From Minisyncoccia bacterium (GTDB lineage Bacteria > Patescibacteriota > Minisyncoccia > Phycocordibacterales > PALSA-1337), in the NCBI GenBank assembly GCA_049997795.1, contig JBEKVT010000001.1, positions 4,085-68,084 on the forward strand: DNA of 64,000 nt. The letters are read 5' to 3'. A model generated the notes under the pieces. The model had not been told where the DNA came from. It saw nothing but the letters and a program-made list of their open reading frames with translations, and did no database searches. This document shows, piece by piece, positions 60,842-64,000 of this stretch. Position 1 is the stretch's first letter. Each line of letters begins with the position of its first letter. Made by a program: the position numbers and the translations under genes.

Positions 60842-61564
60842 TTAGCTGACTTTTGTTGCGATAACTCCTATATATCTTTTATATAATGAATCGGGAAGAA
60901 GCGACAATAATAGACTGAATAGATTAATGACTTTCGATATACACCGACGCGTGACACCTTGTTTGGTCACGAACCGAAAATAAAATCTTCCGACATATCC
61001 AGAGTAATCGATCCTGCAACCTTTTGCGATCATCACAGATGTGATTGCCTTTAGGTTCATAGATGACAGAACATGGTTCTTAAGGACATCCGGTTCAAAT
61101 AACTTGTACAAGAAGTAATAGATCGGGGAATTGAGGTTGGGCACATCGATGATTATCTTTCCTCCGGGCTTTAGAAGTTCCAAATGCTTATCCAAGACCT
61201 CCTCCAAATCATTGAAGTGCTCGATAAATCCGAACGAGCATACCAGATCGTACTTGATCTGTGATTTAAAATCGAAGATATCTGCTTCATAGAAATGATT
61301 ATATCTGTATCCCCTGCTCTTGAACCAACCAGATAAAGAATCCGTGCCGTGAAATGAATCGACTCCGTTTAATTCATATCCTTTTTCGCCAAAAACAGCT
61401 AAAAATTTTCCTGGGTAGCAACCGATCTCCATGCAATTGGCAGTAATCGTGTCGGGTATTTCTTTCTCGATCCATAGGCGAATCGGGTGATTACGCGGCG
61501 CGATCTCGAAAACCGTTTCTTTCCAATGATTACTCCAGTATTCTTCTGTCGAGACTGATTGCAT
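60842..61564 (-). CDS. Class I SAM-dependent methyltransferase (module 5)
   Basis: EIGC.PG, YDLV.S.GFIEHF and LKPGG...I.VPN motifs; ATG lies 5 nt from R6. Confidence 0.88.
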   Translation of the reverse strand: MQSVSTEEYWSNHWKETVFEIAPRNHPIRLWIEKEIPDTITANCMEIGCYPGKFLAVFGEKGYELNGVDSFHGTDSLSGWFKSRGYRYNHFYEADIFDFKSQIKYDLVCSFGFIEHFNDLEEVLDKHLELLKPGGKIIIDVPNLNSPIYYFLYKLFEPDVLKNHVLSSMNLKAITSVMIAKGCRIDYSGYVGRFYFRFVTKQGVTRRCISKVINLFSLLLSLLPDSLYKRYIGVIATKVS

Positions 61565-61569
61565 TCTAT

Positions 61570-61599
61570 TGGCTGGCCGTGTGGTACGATGTTGGAACC
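61570..61599 (+). repeat. Array repeat R6
   Basis: TGGCTGGCCGTGTGGTACGATGTTGGAACC; frame reads WLAVWYDVGTFLTNLGS-stop. Confidence 0.9.
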
Positions 61600-61635
61600 T
61601 TTTTAACAAATCTGGGCTCTTAAATGCGATAATTT

Positions 61636-62022
61636 CTACTCAATCCTTAAAAAATAACCCTTGCAATTAGGACTCTTGCAATTACATAGAACCCGGACTC
61701 CGCCCTTCTCAGTCTGGTTATAATCACAGGTGATTTCTTCACCTAGCATTATGTCCCTTACAGATTTCAGGTGCGGTTGAACCATTGAAATATCTAAAAC
61801 TGTATTGGGGTCACAGGAATGATTAATCCAATTGAGTACAGCATTATCGTCTACATACAAACCCTTCCCAATGTGGGCAAATCTTGGAGTGGGAACGTTT
61901 ACAACAGTATCTACAGGAACTATATAAAATACTTCTCCTTTATTGATTGGCCGTTCGGTAAAAATACCCATATTATCTATGGGACTTTTTCTTTTTTTGA
62001 GAAATGGGTGATTATTCGGCAT
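61636..62022 (-). CDS. SET domain protein (module 6)
   Basis: S.I...GIF, INHSCDPN, RDI..GEEIT.DY and a post-SET CxCxxxxC. Confidence 0.92.
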   Translation of the reverse strand: MPNNHPFLKKRKSPIDNMGIFTERPINKGEVFYIVPVDTVVNVPTPRFAHIGKGLYVDDNAVLNWINHSCDPNTVLDISMVQPHLKSVRDIMLGEEITCDYNQTEKGGVRVLCNCKSPNCKGYFLRIE

Positions 62023-62683
62023 ATTCTCTTAGCACAGCATCGACAAGAACATTCATTGGATCTATCTTATTGATTGGCAACTCTTTTGACATTAAAGCTA
62101 CTTCGGAACACCCAAGAATGATGGACTCCGATACTTTTGAGTATTTTCGAGCAAGGTTCTGTGTGAATGTCTCCTGCTTCTTCTTATCAATTCCGAGGTT
62201 GTAATTCGATATTGCTCGAGACAAATCTTTTACTTCCGATTCTAATAATTCATTGCATTTAATACCGCTAAACTTATATAAGCCGCTTGCCAATGTATAA
62301 GGAGTGCCAAAGACTGTGACAGATTTAACCTGAAGATTATGTAAACATTTTTCAACTTCTGCCCGAAGATTAATTATAGGTACTTTTGTTGCCCGCTGCA
62401 GGGTATCGAGGTATACATAAGCAGTGTTGCAAATAATTGCAATGATATCTGAACCACTTTTCTCCAATTGCTTTAAACCATCAACATAAGGAGAGAGAAT
62501 CTCGTGTGTACCATTATTAAAAATAAGTTCAGGAGCAGAAATGCTGTTTATTATCACATGGGGGTATTCACTATTATCCTTAGGCTTATTTTTCTCAATA
62601 AATTTTCTTATCAATTCTAAGTAGAAAAAACCAGTAGACTCAGGCCCTATTCCCCCTAGTAGCCCTATAGTCTTCTTTTTCAT
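62012..62683 (-). CDS. Aspartate/glutamate racemase family protein (RacX-like; module 6)
   Basis: IGLLGG.GPEST..FY and the catalytic CNT and LGCSE motifs. Confidence 0.9.
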   Translation of the reverse strand: MKKKTIGLLGGIGPESTGFFYLELIRKFIEKNKPKDNSEYPHVIINSISAPELIFNNGTHEILSPYVDGLKQLEKSGSDIIAIICNTAYVYLDTLQRATKVPIINLRAEVEKCLHNLQVKSVTVFGTPYTLASGLYKFSGIKCNELLESEVKDLSRAISNYNLGIDKKKQETFTQNLARKYSKVSESIILGCSEVALMSKELPINKIDPMNVLVDAVLREYAE

Positions 62684-62721
62684 ACAAAAACTCTACTACA
62701 TAAACGCGGGTTCGGGAAGTA

Positions 62722-62751
62722 GTGCTGGCTGCGTGGTACGATGTTGGAACC
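62722..62751 (+). repeat. Array repeat R7
   Basis: GTGCTGGCTGCGTGGTACGATGTTGGAACC; frame reads VLAAWYDVGTIITQKLE-stop. Confidence 0.9.
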
Positions 62752-62942
62752 ATAATAACGCAAAAATTGGAATAAACAAAAAGCCGCCCGAATTAGCCGG
62801 CTGCGCGGCAAGAAGTGGATGTGTCTTTCGCTCAGTCCTTTTTGTCCTATCCGGACTAGTATAGCCGGGCGAGCGGCTTCTATTTATCGATGATGGATTT
62901 CCTGCTAAAATCACCTTGAGAGACAAAGATCAGCGAGGCCTT

Positions 62943-63740
62943 ATGGGAACTAAAAAGATCATCGTCCTATACGCGATCGTCGCCGTCGGCTCGGCATTGG
63001 CAGTCGGCTGGATCTTCTCATATGTCGGACGCGGCGCGCCCGGACCGAAGGGCCTCACCACGAGCGTCCTGTTCATCGGCAACAGCCTGACTTATGTCAA
63101 CGATCTGCCGCAGACTCTCTCCGATATCGCCCGATCGCTCGGCGACACGGCCGAGACCGATATGTACGCTCCGGGTGGTTATACGCTCAAGCAGGACGCA
63201 CAAGACCCGACGGCTCTGGACAAGATAGCGTCCAGGCCTTGGGATTTCGTAGTCTTGCAAGAGCAGAGCGAGCTGCCCGCTCTTCAAGACTCCCAGGTGG
63301 ACGACGAGGTGACGCCTTATGCATTGGAGCTCGCGAGCGATGTCCGTCAGGCTGGGCCTGACACCAAGGTCGTATTCTTCGAGACATGGGCTTACAAGGG
63401 CGGCGATCCACAGTATTGTGCTTCGACTCCGACCTTGTGCGATTTCGAATCCATGCAAGACCAGCTGTCGAGATCGTACGGCCTCTTGGCGCAAAGGTCC
63501 GGCGGGTTGCTGGCCCCGGTCGGCGAAGCGTGGCGATCGGCGCGGGATGCCTATCCTGAGATCGAGCTCTATCAGAGCGACGGCAGGCATCCGTCGGCGG
63601 AAGGCACCTACCTCGCGGCCGCTGTGTTCTACATGGTCTTGTTCAAGAAGGACGTCGCCGGCGCGGCATCTTTAGGCATCGACCCGGCACAAGCGAAGAT
63701 CCTGCAACAGGTCGCGAGACAGGTGGTCTTCAGACAGTGA
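62943..63740 (+). CDS. Membrane-anchored SGNH hydrolase (DUF4886-like; module 7)
   Basis: TM, VLFIGNSLT, WD.VVLQEQS, PVG.AW and DGRHPS motifs. Confidence 0.85.
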   Translation: MGTKKIIVLYAIVAVGSALAVGWIFSYVGRGAPGPKGLTTSVLFIGNSLTYVNDLPQTLSDIARSLGDTAETDMYAPGGYTLKQDAQDPTALDKIASRPWDFVVLQEQSELPALQDSQVDDEVTPYALELASDVRQAGPDTKVVFFETWAYKGGDPQYCASTPTLCDFESMQDQLSRSYGLLAQRSGGLLAPVGEAWRSARDAYPEIELYQSDGRHPSAEGTYLAAAVFYMVLFKKDVAGAASLGIDPAQAKILQQVARQVVFRQ

Positions 63741-63760
63741 TGGCGCCGATGATCTTTTGT

Positions 63761-63790
63761 TGGCTGGCTGCGTGGGACGAAGTTGGAACC
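63761..63790 (+). repeat. Array repeat R8
   Basis: TGGCTGGCTGCGTGGGACGAAGTTGGAACC; frame reads WLAAWDEVGTFIKGF-stop. Confidence 0.9.
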
Positions 63791-63794
63791 TTTA

Positions 63795-64000
63795 TTAAAG
63801 GATTTTAAAGCCTAAGACGATAAATTCGTCCTGTGAATGAATTTGTCTGGAATAATATTTCTCGAACGTTTTCGTCTTTTCCTCTTCTGATCTATAAACC
63901 TCATGTCCGACCCTATTCAGTGGTAATTTTCCAAAAGTCATCCTAGACTTCTCGATAATCGTTGCGGTGGCAACATTCTTTCCATCGTTCTCAGCCAGAA
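63795..64000 (-). CDS. 3' end of a probable ASCH/PUA-like protein (module 8, partial)
   Basis: Open frame ...VATATIIEKSRMTFGKL....GHEVY.SEEE..KTFEKYY....DEFIVLGFKIL-stop; the stop lies 4 nt from R8. Confidence 0.55.
   Translation of the reverse strand, partial: LAENDGKNVATATIIEKSRMTFGKLPLNRVGHEVYRSEEEKTKTFEKYYSRQIHSQDEFIVLGFKIL

Larger units (their letters stand above)
56098..64000. mobile_element. Putative gene-cassette array: at least 7 complete modules plus 1 partial, delimited by 30-bp direct repeats; continues beyond the window
   Basis: Eight same-orientation repeats spaced 579, 1367, 2228, 500, 798, 1152 and 1039 bp apart. Each interval holds 1-2 genes packed against the repeats, and GC differs between modules. 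No recombinase is in the window. Confidence 0.75.

Noticed and set aside
56098-63790. CRISPR interpretation of the 30-bp direct repeats
   Set aside because: The intervals are 470-2200 bp and contain whole genes, the repeats are degenerate, and there are no cas genes in the window.
56098-63790. Classical integron attC sites, pdif modules or a shufflon
   Set aside because: There are no long attC-type palindromes and no intI. There is no resemblance to the XerC/XerD dif consensus. All copies are direct, whereas shufflon sites are inverted.

Overview
This is a bacterial chromosomal window in standard code 11 (TGA ends rpoD and rpoC). Gene content and compact proteins point to Patescibacteria/CPR, probably Parcubacteria-like (inference). 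The left part (1-24.8 kb) is housekeeping: a CarS-like gene, hisS, rpoB-rpoC-dnaG-rpoD, trmD, khpA, rpsP and aspS. The middle (25-56 kb) holds stress, redox, transport and regulatory genes: tspO, msrA/msrB, two ECF sigma loci, a MacAB-like exporter, a P1B ATPase, NDH-2, ZIP, ABC exporters, and a radical SAM/SPASM enzyme with a Cys-rich precursor peptide. The most striking feature runs from 56.1 kb off the right edge. Eight copies of a 30-bp direct repeat (consensus TGGCTGGCYGYGTGGTACGATGTTGGAACC) separate 0.5-2.2 kb modules of 1-2 unrelated genes with heterogeneous GC. The repeat varies mostly at synonymous positions and reads as a short protein C-terminus (WLAAWYDVGT[FI]...stop). This suggests an integron-like gene-cassette array built on a recombination site lying inside the 3' end of a gene, probably a recombinase that is not in this window. 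Other signals are a probable rpoB attenuator leader, a structured ncRNA candidate after aspS, two related ~120-bp hairpin elements, a hidden 31-aa basic peptide gene, and pervasive leaderless gene starts. No rRNA, tRNA, CRISPR array, transposase or integrase was seen. All calls come from motif recognition by eye; no database searches were run.
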